Assembly: GCA_963664295.1 (NCBI GenBank)
Contig: OY760935.1
Location: 992,001-1,056,000 of the forward strand
Direction: 5' to 3'
Length of the DNA: 64,000 nucleotides
DNA from: Candidatus Altimarinota bacterium
GTDB taxonomy: Bacteria; Patescibacteriota; Gracilibacteria; CAIRYL01; GCA-016699755
Shown: piece by piece, positions 36,864-45,467 of the stretch
Layout: every line of letters begins with the position of its first letter
Position numbering within the stretch: the first letter of the stretch is position 1
Translations under genes and position numbers: made by a program
The notes under the pieces: model-generated
What the model was told of the DNA's origin: nothing
Database searches by the model: none
What the model saw: only the letters and a program-made list of their open reading frames with translations

Positions 36864-37292
36864 ATGAAAAAAGTTTACATAGCCTCCGACCATGGTGGAT
36901 ATGCACTAAAAAAAGACATTATTGAAATGTTTAATAGTGATTATGAATTTATTGATTTAGGTTGTAATTCTGAAGCTAGTGTGGATTATCCCCAATATGG
37001 AAGAATGGCATCAGAAAAAGCAGTTGAGGACAATACTTTGGCCATTGTAATTTGTGGTACGGGTTTAGGTATTTCTATTGCAGCAAATAAGGTTAAGGGG
37101 GCTCGTTGTGCATTATGTATTAATTCAACCATGGCTTATTTAGCAAAAGAACACAATAATGCTAATGTGCTTGCTTTGGGTGGTAGAATTATTGGTAAAG
37201 AATTGGCTCGTGATATTGTAGATACTTTCTTAAAAACACCCTTTTCTGAAAGCGAGCGTCATACTCGTCGAATTTCTGAGATTGAGCTATGA
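36864..37292 (+). CDS. rpiB: Ribose-5-phosphate isomerase B
   Basis: SDHGG, DYP, CGTGLG...ANK, HNNANVL, RH. Confidence 0.95.
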   Translation: MKKVYIASDHGGYALKKDIIEMFNSDYEFIDLGCNSEASVDYPQYGRMASEKAVEDNTLAIVICGTGLGISIAANKVKGARCALCINSTMAYLAKEHNNANVLALGGRIIGKELARDIVDTFLKTPFSESERHTRRISEIEL

Positions 37293-37540
37293 AAAAAGCG
37301 AATTTAATTTCATTATCAAGCTGGCTTGGTGCATGCTTATTCGTACTTGCTTATGTATTGCTTTCTTTTGATGTTTTATCTAGTCATAGTGTGGTTTATC
37401 ATAGCATTAATTTAATTGGTGCTTTTTTTTATATTCCTGATATTTTTATCAAAAAAGCATTTTCTGCTGTTTTTATAGAAATTATTTGGGGCAGTGTTGC
37501 AACAATTTCTATTATTAGAATTATATATTATGCAAATTAA
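37289..37540 (+). CDS. Small 3-TM membrane protein (CBU_0592-like)
   Basis: 'WLGA...LAY.L...YHSINLIGA...EIIW'; overlaps both neighbours. Confidence 0.7.
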   Translation: MKKANLISLSSWLGACLFVLAYVLLSFDVLSSHSVVYHSINLIGAFFYIPDIFIKKAFSAVFIEIIWGSVATISIIRIIYYAN

Positions 37541-38156
37541 ATTTTTCCCTTCACTTTTATCTGCAGATTTTGGTGCTTTGCAAGCGGAAATAAATTCTGT
37601 AGAAGATTTTGTAGATGGTTTCCATTTTGATGTAATGGATGGTCATTTTGTGCCCAATCTCACAGTTGGTGCGCCAGTTTTGAAGTGTTTAAAAACCAAT
37701 AAAATTTTTGATGCACACTTAATGATTGCAAATCCGGAAAAATATATTGAGGATTTTGTAAAAGCAGGTGCACATTGGATATCTATTCATGCAGAAACCG
37801 TAAAAAATCCAACAGAAATTTTAAAAAAAATAAAATTACTAGGAGCAAAAGCAGGCTTAGTGCTTAATCCAGAGACAAGTCTAGATGATTATTTAGAAGA
37901 TTTTAAAGAGGCAAACTTTGCTTTAATTATGAGCGTAAATCCTGGTTTTGGCGGACAAGGTTTCATGCCTGAAGTTTTAGAAAAAGTTCGTATTTTACGC
38001 AAAAGTTTTCCAGAAATGGATATTCAAATAGACGGTGGCATTAATGATAAAACAGTAAAACAAGCCATTGAGGCAGGTTGTAATGTTGTTGTTTCAGGTT
38101 CTTATTTTTGGGGAAGTGATGATCGCGAAGAAACAGCAAATTTATTGCGCACTTGA
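37530..38156 (+). CDS. rpe: Ribulose-phosphate 3-epimerase
   Basis: PSLLSADF, HFDVMDGHFVPN, MSVNPGFGGQ, IDGG; start at ATG 37530. Confidence 0.97.
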   Translation: MQIKFFPSLLSADFGALQAEINSVEDFVDGFHFDVMDGHFVPNLTVGAPVLKCLKTNKIFDAHLMIANPEKYIEDFVKAGAHWISIHAETVKNPTEILKKIKLLGAKAGLVLNPETSLDDYLEDFKEANFALIMSVNPGFGGQGFMPEVLEKVRILRKSFPEMDIQIDGGINDKTVKQAIEAGCNVVVSGSYFWGSDDREETANLLRT

Positions 38157-38201
38157 CAAAAAATTGGATTTTTTTAAAATCAAAGTAAATTTAGCCTTAC
38201 A

Positions 38202-38519
38202 ATGCACACATTTCGTAAAGTTTTTGAAAAATTTCCCCATAAAATTACAGATCCGGAAGTTTTAGCGCTAATGAAACAAACTGGTGTTGAGCAGTTTGGT
38301 GTTTGTAAAAAAGTAAAAGCAATAGGAGCAAAAACTAGAGAGGGGGTAATGTGTTGTGTGCGAAAAGTCGGAGGGACATGTGCTGATTTTTGGGACGAAG
38401 CAGGCAAAAATTGCCCATTTTCACAAGTAGTTAGAGATCCCTACAAAATTGATCATGACAATAACAAGCCATTGGCAACCTTATTGCACAGAGTTGATAC
38501 TGACAGAGAAATAGTTTAA
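38202..38519 (+). CDS. Hypothetical Cys-containing protein
   Basis: 105-aa ORF filling the gap; TTGACA-16-TAAAAT upstream (38153-38180). Confidence 0.5.
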   Translation: MHTFRKVFEKFPHKITDPEVLALMKQTGVEQFGVCKKVKAIGAKTREGVMCCVRKVGGTCADFWDEAGKNCPFSQVVRDPYKIDHDNNKPLATLLHRVDTDREIV

Positions 38520-38578
38520 TAATTCCCTGTAAATTTTCTTCAAAATATGCGAAAATTTGAGCATATTTTTTTGCTGAA

Positions 38579-40075
38579 ATGATTAAAAAAATAAACAGAG
38601 CGCTTGTTTCTGCTTTTAATAAAGAAGGCATTGTTGATTTTGTAAAATTTTTAGCCGATCAAGGCACAGAAATAGTCTCTACTGGAGGCACAGCAAAATT
38701 ACTTCGAGAAAATAATATTGAAGTAAAAGATATTTCTGACTTAACAGGTTTTCCAGAGATGCTTGATGGCAGGGTGAAAACTCTTCATCCACGTGTTCAT
38801 GGGGGCTTGCTTTATGTGCGCGGTAATCAAGAACACGAAAATACTATTAAAGAACATGACATTAAACCAATTGATTTAGTTTTAATTGATTTATATCCTT
38901 TTGACAAAGTTGCGGAAGAGGAAAAAATAGAAATGATTGATATTGGCGGACCCTCCATGCTTCGCAGTTCAGCAAAAAACTTTGATAGCGTCACCGTAAT
39001 AGCAAATAAAAATTATATGCAGGAAGTGCAGGCGGAAATTGAAAAAGAAGGAGGAACAACACTAGAAACACGAAAAAAATTAGCAGGAATTGCTTTTAAA
39101 ACAACATCGCAATATGATTCAAAAATTGCTGAATATTTTGATCCAAATTTCAAAGGAATATTTAATGAAAAAATTCAAGAACTTAGATACGGAGAAAACC
39201 CTCATCAAACAGCAGGTTTTTACAAAAACCTAGGAGTTAATGTTAGCCCATCTATTGTTAATGCTAGGCAATTGCACGGAAAAGAGCTTTCTTTTAATAA
39301 TATTTTAGACGGCAATGCGGCATTGGAATTGGCTACTGAGTTTTCCGACCCCTTTTGTGCAGTCATAAAACATACTAATCCTTGTGGAGCTGCGGAAGCT
39401 GACACAATAGAAGAGGCTTTTGAAAAAGCTCACGCTGGCGATCCTTTGTCTGCTTTTGGTGGCATTATTGCAATCAATCGACCTTGCTCAAAAGAATTAG
39501 CAGAAAAAATATCCCAAGCAGGATTTTTTGAAATTATTATTGCTCCAAGTTTTGCCAGTGAAGCCTTGGAAATATTACAAAAAAAGAAAAATGTACGCCT
39601 CTTAGAGGTTGGTGAAATAAAACCAGTGCAAGACCAAAAAGACATCAGAAGTGTTTTGGGTGGATTTTTAATTCAAGATCGTGATGAAAAAATGTTAATA
39701 GAAAAAGATTTACAAGGAGCAGAAGTAGAAGATGTAAAAGATTTATTATTTAGCTGGAAAATTGTTAAATATGTAAAATCAAATGCAATTGCTGTGACAA
39801 AAAATAGAGCGATTTTAGGCATTGGTGCAGGTCAAATGTCTAGAGTAAAGTCAATGGATATAGCCCTTGAAAAAGCAGGAGAAAAAGCAAAAGGAGCAAT
39901 TTGTTCTTCTGATGCGTTTTTTCCATTTGCAGATTCTGTAGAATTAGCCTCAAAACACGGAATAAAAACAATAGTACAACCAGGAGGCAGTGTTCGTGAT
40001 CCAGAAGTGCTAGAAAGTGCCAAAAAACTAAACATTAAAATGGTGCTAACTGGCACAAGGGCATTTAAGCATTGA
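38579..40075 (+). CDS. purH: Bifunctional AICAR transformylase / IMP cyclohydrolase
   Basis: STGGT, GRVKTLHP, IDIGGPSM, LRYGENPHQ, KHTNPCG, SDAFFPF, QPGGS. Confidence 0.98.
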   Translation: MIKKINRALVSAFNKEGIVDFVKFLADQGTEIVSTGGTAKLLRENNIEVKDISDLTGFPEMLDGRVKTLHPRVHGGLLYVRGNQEHENTIKEHDIKPIDLVLIDLYPFDKVAEEEKIEMIDIGGPSMLRSSAKNFDSVTVIANKNYMQEVQAEIEKEGGTTLETRKKLAGIAFKTTSQYDSKIAEYFDPNFKGIFNEKIQELRYGENPHQTAGFYKNLGVNVSPSIVNARQLHGKELSFNNILDGNAALELATEFSDPFCAVIKHTNPCGAAEADTIEEAFEKAHAGDPLSAFGGIIAINRPCSKELAEKISQAGFFEIIIAPSFASEALEILQKKKNVRLLEVGEIKPVQDQKDIRSVLGGFLIQDRDEKMLIEKDLQGAEVEDVKDLLFSWKIVKYVKSNAIAVTKNRAILGIGAGQMSRVKSMDIALEKAGEKAKGAICSSDAFFPFADSVELASKHGIKTIVQPGGSVRDPEVLESAKKLNIKMVLTGTRAFKH

Positions 40076-40260
40076 TAAAAAAATGGCTTAAAAAAACCAT
40101 TTTATATTCCCATATTGTTTGTAGTTGTTTTACTAAAACAACAATTTGACAAAATGTCAATAATAAATCCTTGCAAATATTAGACATTGTGTTTAATAAT
40201 GGTAAACTCTTTTTCTAATACTTATAAAACTTGTAGATTTACTCTTTAATTAAATAACAA

Positions 40261-41343
40261 ATGAAAACATTTTTTTGCAAAATAGCCCTGTCAATTTCCA
40301 TTTTTGTTTTGTGTTTTAGTTTTGTCACTAATGCAGAAGCCTATGGTAGTAGTAACAACAGAGGTGGCACAGGTAGTGCTGATATTGGTGTTTGTGGTGG
40401 TGCAAATACACCATCTTTTTCTGACATTGAACCTATTAAAAACGCAAATTTAAACAGCTTAAACGAAGTAAGTTTTATTGTCACAGGTAATGATATCAAT
40501 AAAGAAAGCATTAGTATTTCTGTTGAAGGCGAAGCATTGCAATTAAACATTAGAGAGTTATCAGATAGTACATTTTTGGTAGAAGGTGATACAAGTGGTT
40601 TAAACCTTGAAGATGGCCTAGTTTATATTTCATTATCAGCCACAGGAGGAAGGGAGTGCTTAAAAACAAGTTCTTATTTTGTAGAGTTAGATAAAAAAGG
40701 AGAATTACCAAAAGACCCAGATGACACAGATGATGATGACGATGGAGACACAGGTGATGATGGTGATACAGGTAGTGACGACGACGATGATGATGAATTT
40801 AGCGCAAAAGACAAAGGCCATTGGGCATTTACTTATGCAAAAAAATTAGTTAATAGAGGTGTTTTAACAGGTGATGGAGAAACTGGAGAGCTAAGACTTG
40901 ATGACCCAATTCAACGCATAGAGTTGTTAGTAGCTGTTATGAGAGCTTTCCGAGTTTCAGTGCCAAGTTTCCTTGAGGAAAAGCCGTTTAATGATGTGCC
41001 AGCTGACGAATGGTTTGCGCCTTATGTTGCAAAAGCAAAAGCATTAGGCTGGGTAGATGGTTATGAAAATGGAAAATTATTTAAGCCAGGAGCTGGGATA
41101 ACCAGAGCAGAAGCATTAAAAATAATTTTTATGGTTGCAGGAATAGATGCAGAATATACCAACACACCTTTTATTGATGTCGACGAAAATGATTGGTTTG
41201 CACCTTATGTTGCCTGGGCTTTTGATAGACAACTAGTAGAAGGCTATGGAAATAATAAAAATCTTTTTAGGCCAGACAGAGAAATTACAAGAGGAGAAAT
41301 ATCAAAAATATTGGTTAAACTTCTAGAGTACCTTAACCTTTAA
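40261..41343 (+). CDS. S-layer homology domain protein with Asp-rich linker
   Basis: Signal peptide, poly-Asp linker, three SLH repeats ('FKPGAGITRAE', 'FRPDREITRGE'). Confidence 0.88.
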   Translation: MKTFFCKIALSISIFVLCFSFVTNAEAYGSSNNRGGTGSADIGVCGGANTPSFSDIEPIKNANLNSLNEVSFIVTGNDINKESISISVEGEALQLNIRELSDSTFLVEGDTSGLNLEDGLVYISLSATGGRECLKTSSYFVELDKKGELPKDPDDTDDDDDGDTGDDGDTGSDDDDDDEFSAKDKGHWAFTYAKKLVNRGVLTGDGETGELRLDDPIQRIELLVAVMRAFRVSVPSFLEEKPFNDVPADEWFAPYVAKAKALGWVDGYENGKLFKPGAGITRAEALKIIFMVAGIDAEYTNTPFIDVDENDWFAPYVAWAFDRQLVEGYGNNKNLFRPDREITRGEISKILVKLLEYLNL

Positions 41344-41372
41344 AATAGTTCGGATTAAATTTTAAAAGCTTT

Positions 41373-41401
41373 AAAATCATCTATATAAAATAGATGATTT
41401 T
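41373..41401. terminator. Bidirectional terminator-like hairpin
   Basis: AAAATCATCTA / TAGATGATTTT inverted repeat between convergent genes. Confidence 0.6.
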
Positions 41402-42694
41402 TTAGTTCACAATTGCTTCAAGGGGGCTAATTTTTGCTGATTTACGAGCAGGAAAAAGCGTAGCAACAAAAGAGGCCAAAATCACTACTGCAAAAATCCA
41501 CAAAAATATATTAAGTGATAATGGAAAAAATGTTTCAGGCTTAATAGAAATATCAGGAATTTTACTTAAAATAAAATTATCCAAGACTATACTAAAAAAA
41601 GTACCAATAAATAAACCTAAAAAAGCACCAATAGCACCCAAAATAACACCCTGGGTAATAAAAATAGCAAAAATAGTCCCTTTTGGCGCGCCAATAGAGT
41701 TTAAAATGCCAATAGTCTGCTTTTGTTCAATTACAGAAACAGAAATTAAAGAAAACATAGACAAAAGAGAAACAAAAATAATCAGAGTAGCGGTTAAAAG
41801 CAAAGTCACGCGTAAAGATAAAATTAATGTCAAAATTTCTTCTCCAACTTCACCAAAAGTTTTTGCTTTTAATCCCATAGTAGTAATTTTTTCTTGAAGA
41901 CTTTTAACCTCATCAACATTATTTGCTTCTATATAAGCCTGAGAAAAAGAAGGATTTTCGTTTATTTTTCTTCCTAGTTTTTCAGAAACATCAAAAGCAG
42001 TTTCTATAGGAATAGAAACACCTAAAGGAGGAGCGCGTGGCGAAATAACCTTAATTTGTGCACTTCTGTAAATAGGCTCAGTATCACCGAGAGTAAAAAC
42101 AGTAGATTTACCAAAGATTAATTGAAATCTTTTGTCTTGTAAATTTTCTGCTTTGAGATGTGGTATTTCCTTAACAGTTTCTGCCAAAGAACTATTAAAA
42201 ACATCAATGATGTAGGGAGAAACAGCAATGGGAACCATAATTTCATCTTCACCTCTAATAAATTCTTTAAATTCATCAGGTTGATCAAGTCCAAAAATTT
42301 CTTTATCCACAGCATAAACAGGAGTATCGGTCTCAAAAGTAAAGCCAAACATCCAAACTTTGAGCGAAGATGGATAATCAAGTGTCAAAACACGAGCAAC
42401 ATTTTTAACTTCAGGGAAAGTTTTGATTTCATCAATCGCCTCTTGGTCAAGAGTTTTGCCCTGGTTGATGTCTAAAAAACCCAAAGAAAAATAATCATTA
42501 CTTACGATTAAAGTTTCTGGACTGGTTGTTTCGCGGATTGGTCTTAAAAGAAAATCCTGTATTCCTTCAGAAAAAACAAAAAACAAAAAAAGCACCATTG
42601 TGCCAATTAAAACACTAAAAGAAACCAAAAAATTACGCGTTTTTTTGGCAGAAATTAGCCTTAGTGAAAAATTTAATATATTTAAAAAACTCAT
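41402..42694 (-). CDS. ABC transporter permease, FtsX/MacB/LolE family
   Basis: N-terminal TM, large extracytoplasmic loop, 'EQKQTIGILNSIGA', 'PARKSAKISPLEAI'; start at ATG 42694. Confidence 0.88.
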   Translation of the reverse strand: MSFLNILNFSLRLISAKKTRNFLVSFSVLIGTMVLFLFFVFSEGIQDFLLRPIRETTSPETLIVSNDYFSLGFLDINQGKTLDQEAIDEIKTFPEVKNVARVLTLDYPSSLKVWMFGFTFETDTPVYAVDKEIFGLDQPDEFKEFIRGEDEIMVPIAVSPYIIDVFNSSLAETVKEIPHLKAENLQDKRFQLIFGKSTVFTLGDTEPIYRSAQIKVISPRAPPLGVSIPIETAFDVSEKLGRKINENPSFSQAYIEANNVDEVKSLQEKITTMGLKAKTFGEVGEEILTLILSLRVTLLLTATLIIFVSLLSMFSLISVSVIEQKQTIGILNSIGAPKGTIFAIFITQGVILGAIGAFLGLFIGTFFSIVLDNFILSKIPDISIKPETFFPLSLNIFLWIFAVVILASFVATLFPARKSAKISPLEAIVN

Positions 42695-42802
42695 CTTAGT
42701 TTGTATTTTCTCATTCAAAGCATGCTTTATCAAGAAGAGAACAAAAACTCTTTTCAAATTGGTCAAAAAATGGCAAACTGCCTTAGCAACAAATTATTTT
42801 GT

Positions 42803-42880
42803 GGCGACTGTAGCTCAGTTGGTTAGAGCGCCGGATTGTGGCTCCGGAGGTCGTGGGTTCGAACCCCATCAGTCGCCCCA
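42803..42880 (+). tRNA. tRNA-His(GTG) with G-1 and encoded CCA
   Basis: G-GCGACTG...CAGTCGC-C-CCA; anticodon arm CCGGA-TTGTGGC-TCCGG; GGTTCGAA. Confidence 0.97.
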
Positions 42881-43273
42881 TGAATATCTTTAAACATGTG
42901 CCACAATCAAGATTGCGTCTTCGCGGAGCTAGTGGTTATCTACCCCCATCAGTCGCCCCATGAATATCTTTAAACATGTGCCACAATCAAGATTGCGTCT
43001 TCGCGGAGCTAGTGGTTATCTACCCCCATCAGTCGCCCCATGAATATCTTTAAACATGTGCCACAATCAAGATTGCGTCTTCGCGGAGCTAGTGGTTATC
43101 TACCCCCATCAGTCGCCCCATGAATATCTTTAAACATGTGCCACAATCAAGATTGCGTCTTCGCGGAGCTAGTGGTTATCTACCCCCATCAGTCGCCCCA
43201 TGAATATCTTTAAACATGTGCCACAATCAAGATTGCGTCTTCGCGGAGCTAGTGGTTATCTACCCCCATCAGT
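42864..43273 (+). repeat. Five identical 80-bp tandem repeats plus a 10-bp partial, each beginning with the last 17 nt of tRNA-His
   Basis: Units at 42864, 42944, 43024, 43104, 43184, partial at 43264; unit = CCCCATCAGTCGCCCCATGAATATCTTTAAACATGTGCCACAATCAAGATTGCGTCTTCGCGGAGCTAGTGGTTATCTAC. Confidence 0.97.
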
Positions 43274-43342
43274 TTTTTGGCTTGCACAGCTGATTAACAG
43301 CCATTAAACTAAAATGCGTTATATTGTTTTTTAAAAACAAAA

Positions 43343-43741
43343 ATGAACAGCAAATCCCCTAACTTAAGAGTGTTATTAGTTTGCAAACAAGAAGAAGAGG
43401 ATTGCTTAAAAACAGAACAAAAAGAACAAGAAACAATAAACCCAATTGAAAAAATAATTGAACAAACACAAGAAATAATGCGAAGTAATACAAAAAGTTT
43501 TCCGCTTGAAATTGGACTTCATTTACACAAAGCAGGGAATGGTTGTTCTGCACAAGATGAACAAAAAATGTTGGAAGAAATTGTCAAATCTCCAGAAAAT
43601 TTAATTTTAATGACAAGAGCAGTAAAATTATCAGAACCTTGGAAAAGTTTGATGAAAAAAAATGTTTTTATGCTTGATGAACTAAGCCCAGTTCATATTA
43701 TGATTATGATTAAGGGCTATCTTGCCTCCATAAGACTTTAA
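43343..43741 (+). CDS. Hypothetical protein
   Basis: 132-aa ORF between two tRNA genes; TTGCAC-17-TAAACT upstream. Confidence 0.6.
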   Translation: MNSKSPNLRVLLVCKQEEEDCLKTEQKEQETINPIEKIIEQTQEIMRSNTKSFPLEIGLHLHKAGNGCSAQDEQKMLEEIVKSPENLILMTRAVKLSEPWKSLMKKNVFMLDELSPVHIMIMIKGYLASIRL

Positions 43742-43798
43742 TTATTATAAAAAACCTTGCTTTTTTTAATAAAAATAATAAAATAATCAAGCTTGTTT

Positions 43799-43875
43799 GG
43801 TCGTATAGCTCAGCTGGTTAGAGCGCTACACTGATAATGTAGAGGTCCCTGGTTCAAGTCCAGGTACGACCACCA
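43799..43875 (+). tRNA. tRNA-Ile(GAT)
   Basis: GGTCGTA...TACGACC-A-CCA; anticodon arm CTACA-CTGATAA-TGTAG. Confidence 0.97.
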
Positions 43876-43899
43876 GAGATTTTTTGATTTGTTTTTACT

Positions 43900-44006
43900 T
43901 GTCATTCTGAACTTGATTCAGAATCTTTTGGTGACATTATTGTCAGCAATTTATTTTATAGCTTAAATAATGTCCAAGGAGATTGCGGGTCAAGCCCGCA
44001 ATGACA
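43900..44006. repeat. REP/REPIN-like palindromic element
   Basis: TGTCATTCTGAACTTGATTCAGAATCT ... AGATTGCGGGTCAAGCCCGCAATGACA: two hairpins in inverted orientation with TGTCATT/AATGACA ends. Confidence 0.7.
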
Positions 44007-44070
44007 TTTAAATATTATTGTGATTTTATTTTTGGTTTGATATATATAAATTGATTTTTAAAATAAACAT

Positions 44071-44367
44071 ATGGTAAAGATTAAGAATTTAAACAAATTA
44101 GACATGCTGGCTTGTTTTTTAGTTGGACAAAAAAATAGCATAAATGATGCCCCTGAGGAAAAATTTTTAGTTTTAACATATTGGACATCGTGCGCAAATG
44201 TTTCTGTTATTTTTGCAACTATTTTTTCAAGTATGTCTATTGTTTTGTTTATAGAAATAGAAACTAATCTAGTTGTAATTCCTTTTTTTATAGCCTTTAT
44301 ATGGTTTTCTTTGAGGGCTTGGGCATTTGGTAGATGTGCTAAGATTGCATGTAAAATTTGGCTTTAA
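44071..44367 (+). CDS. Hypothetical small membrane protein
   Basis: 98-aa ORF with two hydrophobic segments. Confidence 0.5.
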   Translation: MVKIKNLNKLDMLACFLVGQKNSINDAPEEKFLVLTYWTSCANVSVIFATIFSSMSIVLFIEIETNLVVIPFFIAFIWFSLRAWAFGRCAKIACKIWL

Positions 44368-44383
44368 AAAGCCTCCTAATTTC

Positions 44384-45088
44384 CTACAGCCTACTCTTCA
44401 GCTCCCCTCCCTCAATAGCCTTCCATTTTCCACAACTCATATCACCTTCCCAACAGATTTTTTCAGTTTCACAACTAGGTCCAGCATGAGAAAAAATCTC
44501 AGGACAAGTAGGCTTAACAGCCTCAAGCATTTTTCGTGCAAGCATTTGAATCTCCCATTGCGCACGCACACAAAGCCTTTTTTCAAAAAAGTGCAACAGC
44601 TCACGCGCATTCATAGTGACAACAATGTTTGTTTTTGTGCCCTGTGGGGTCAAAAAACGCGCATCCTCGCTTTTAATTCCTAATTCCTTTAATTCATCCA
44701 CAGTCTCCTGCAAAGAGCTCTTAAATTTATCCACCAGCGCCATTGCTTGTGGGTTATTTTTAATCGAAGGCGGTATGACAAAATTTGTATGAGTTTTGTT
44801 ATAGCGACCTGATTTTATTGAATAGCTTGCCAGCCTGTGGCGCACAAGTTGAGTTTCGGTCACACGAGAAACTCCAGAAATAGAAAAAGTAAAAGTAGCG
44901 TGTTCTATGGTTGATAAATGACCAGAAGAAAGCACAATATTAAGTAATCTTTTTGCTTTATCCTCAGGAATGCTTTCTTGCAATTCTTTTCCGGTTTTTG
45001 GCGAATAACATTGATTAATAGCCGCAGCAATTGTTTGCAAAGGCTTAGAAGTGTGGTCAATTAAATAAACTTCAATTTCTGAGCTCAT
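44384..45088 (-). CDS. thyX: FAD-dependent thymidylate synthase
   Basis: GHLSTIEH, QLVRHRLASYSIKSGRY, EDAR, NARELLHF, RAQWEI. Confidence 0.95.
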   Translation of the reverse strand: MSSEIEVYLIDHTSKPLQTIAAAINQCYSPKTGKELQESIPEDKAKRLLNIVLSSGHLSTIEHATFTFSISGVSRVTETQLVRHRLASYSIKSGRYNKTHTNFVIPPSIKNNPQAMALVDKFKSSLQETVDELKELGIKSEDARFLTPQGTKTNIVVTMNARELLHFFEKRLCVRAQWEIQMLARKMLEAVKPTCPEIFSHAGPSCETEKICWEGDMSCGKWKAIEGGELKSRL

Positions 45089-45095
45089 ATTTTAT

Positions 45096-45461
45096 TTAAA
45101 CATCAAGGGAATCAATTGCTTCTTGAATTGTTGGGTGATATTCGACCAAATTTAAAAAACCAACAACCTCAAGAATATCTAAAATCGTATCATTACTTTC
45201 AGCTAAAACCATTTTTTTACCATCTTGATTTAGAGTGGAAAAAACCTCAGCCAAAAAACCAACAACCATTGAGTTGATAAACTCCAAATCACGCAAAAAG
45301 AAAATAAAAGTTTTTACATCTTTTGTTTGCAAGTATCTATTTATTTCTTTTTTAAACTCATTGATTGATGACTCATCGACTTCTCCTGCAATATGAATAA
45401 TGCGAACGCCTTCCTTTTCGTTCACTGGTATCATTCTGGATTTAAAATTCACTACAGACAT
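45096..45461 (-). CDS. STAS-domain anti-sigma factor antagonist
   Basis: 'GEVDESS', 'LEFINSMVVGFL', 'ILEVVGF'. Confidence 0.8.
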   Translation of the reverse strand: MSVVNFKSRMIPVNEKEGVRIIHIAGEVDESSINEFKKEINRYLQTKDVKTFIFFLRDLEFINSMVVGFLAEVFSTLNQDGKKMVLAESNDTILDILEVVGFLNLVEYHPTIQEAIDSLDV

Positions 45462-45467
45462 TGTTTT

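Noticed and set aside
40146-40160. Palindrome TTGACAAAATGTCAA upstream of the SLH gene as an operator
   Set aside because: Single short AT-rich instance with no identifiable regulator; cannot be separated from chance or a -35 box
41402-42694. Orphan ABC permease as a novel system
   Set aside because: The ATPase partner may simply be encoded elsewhere, which is common in fragmented CPR operons
42600-42893. 97-aa ORF
   Set aside because: Shadow ORF overlapping tRNA-His and antisense to the permease start
42864-43273. CRISPR array
   Set aside because: Units are fully identical with no variable spacers, the 17-nt 'repeat' is the tRNA 3' end, and there are no cas genes in the window
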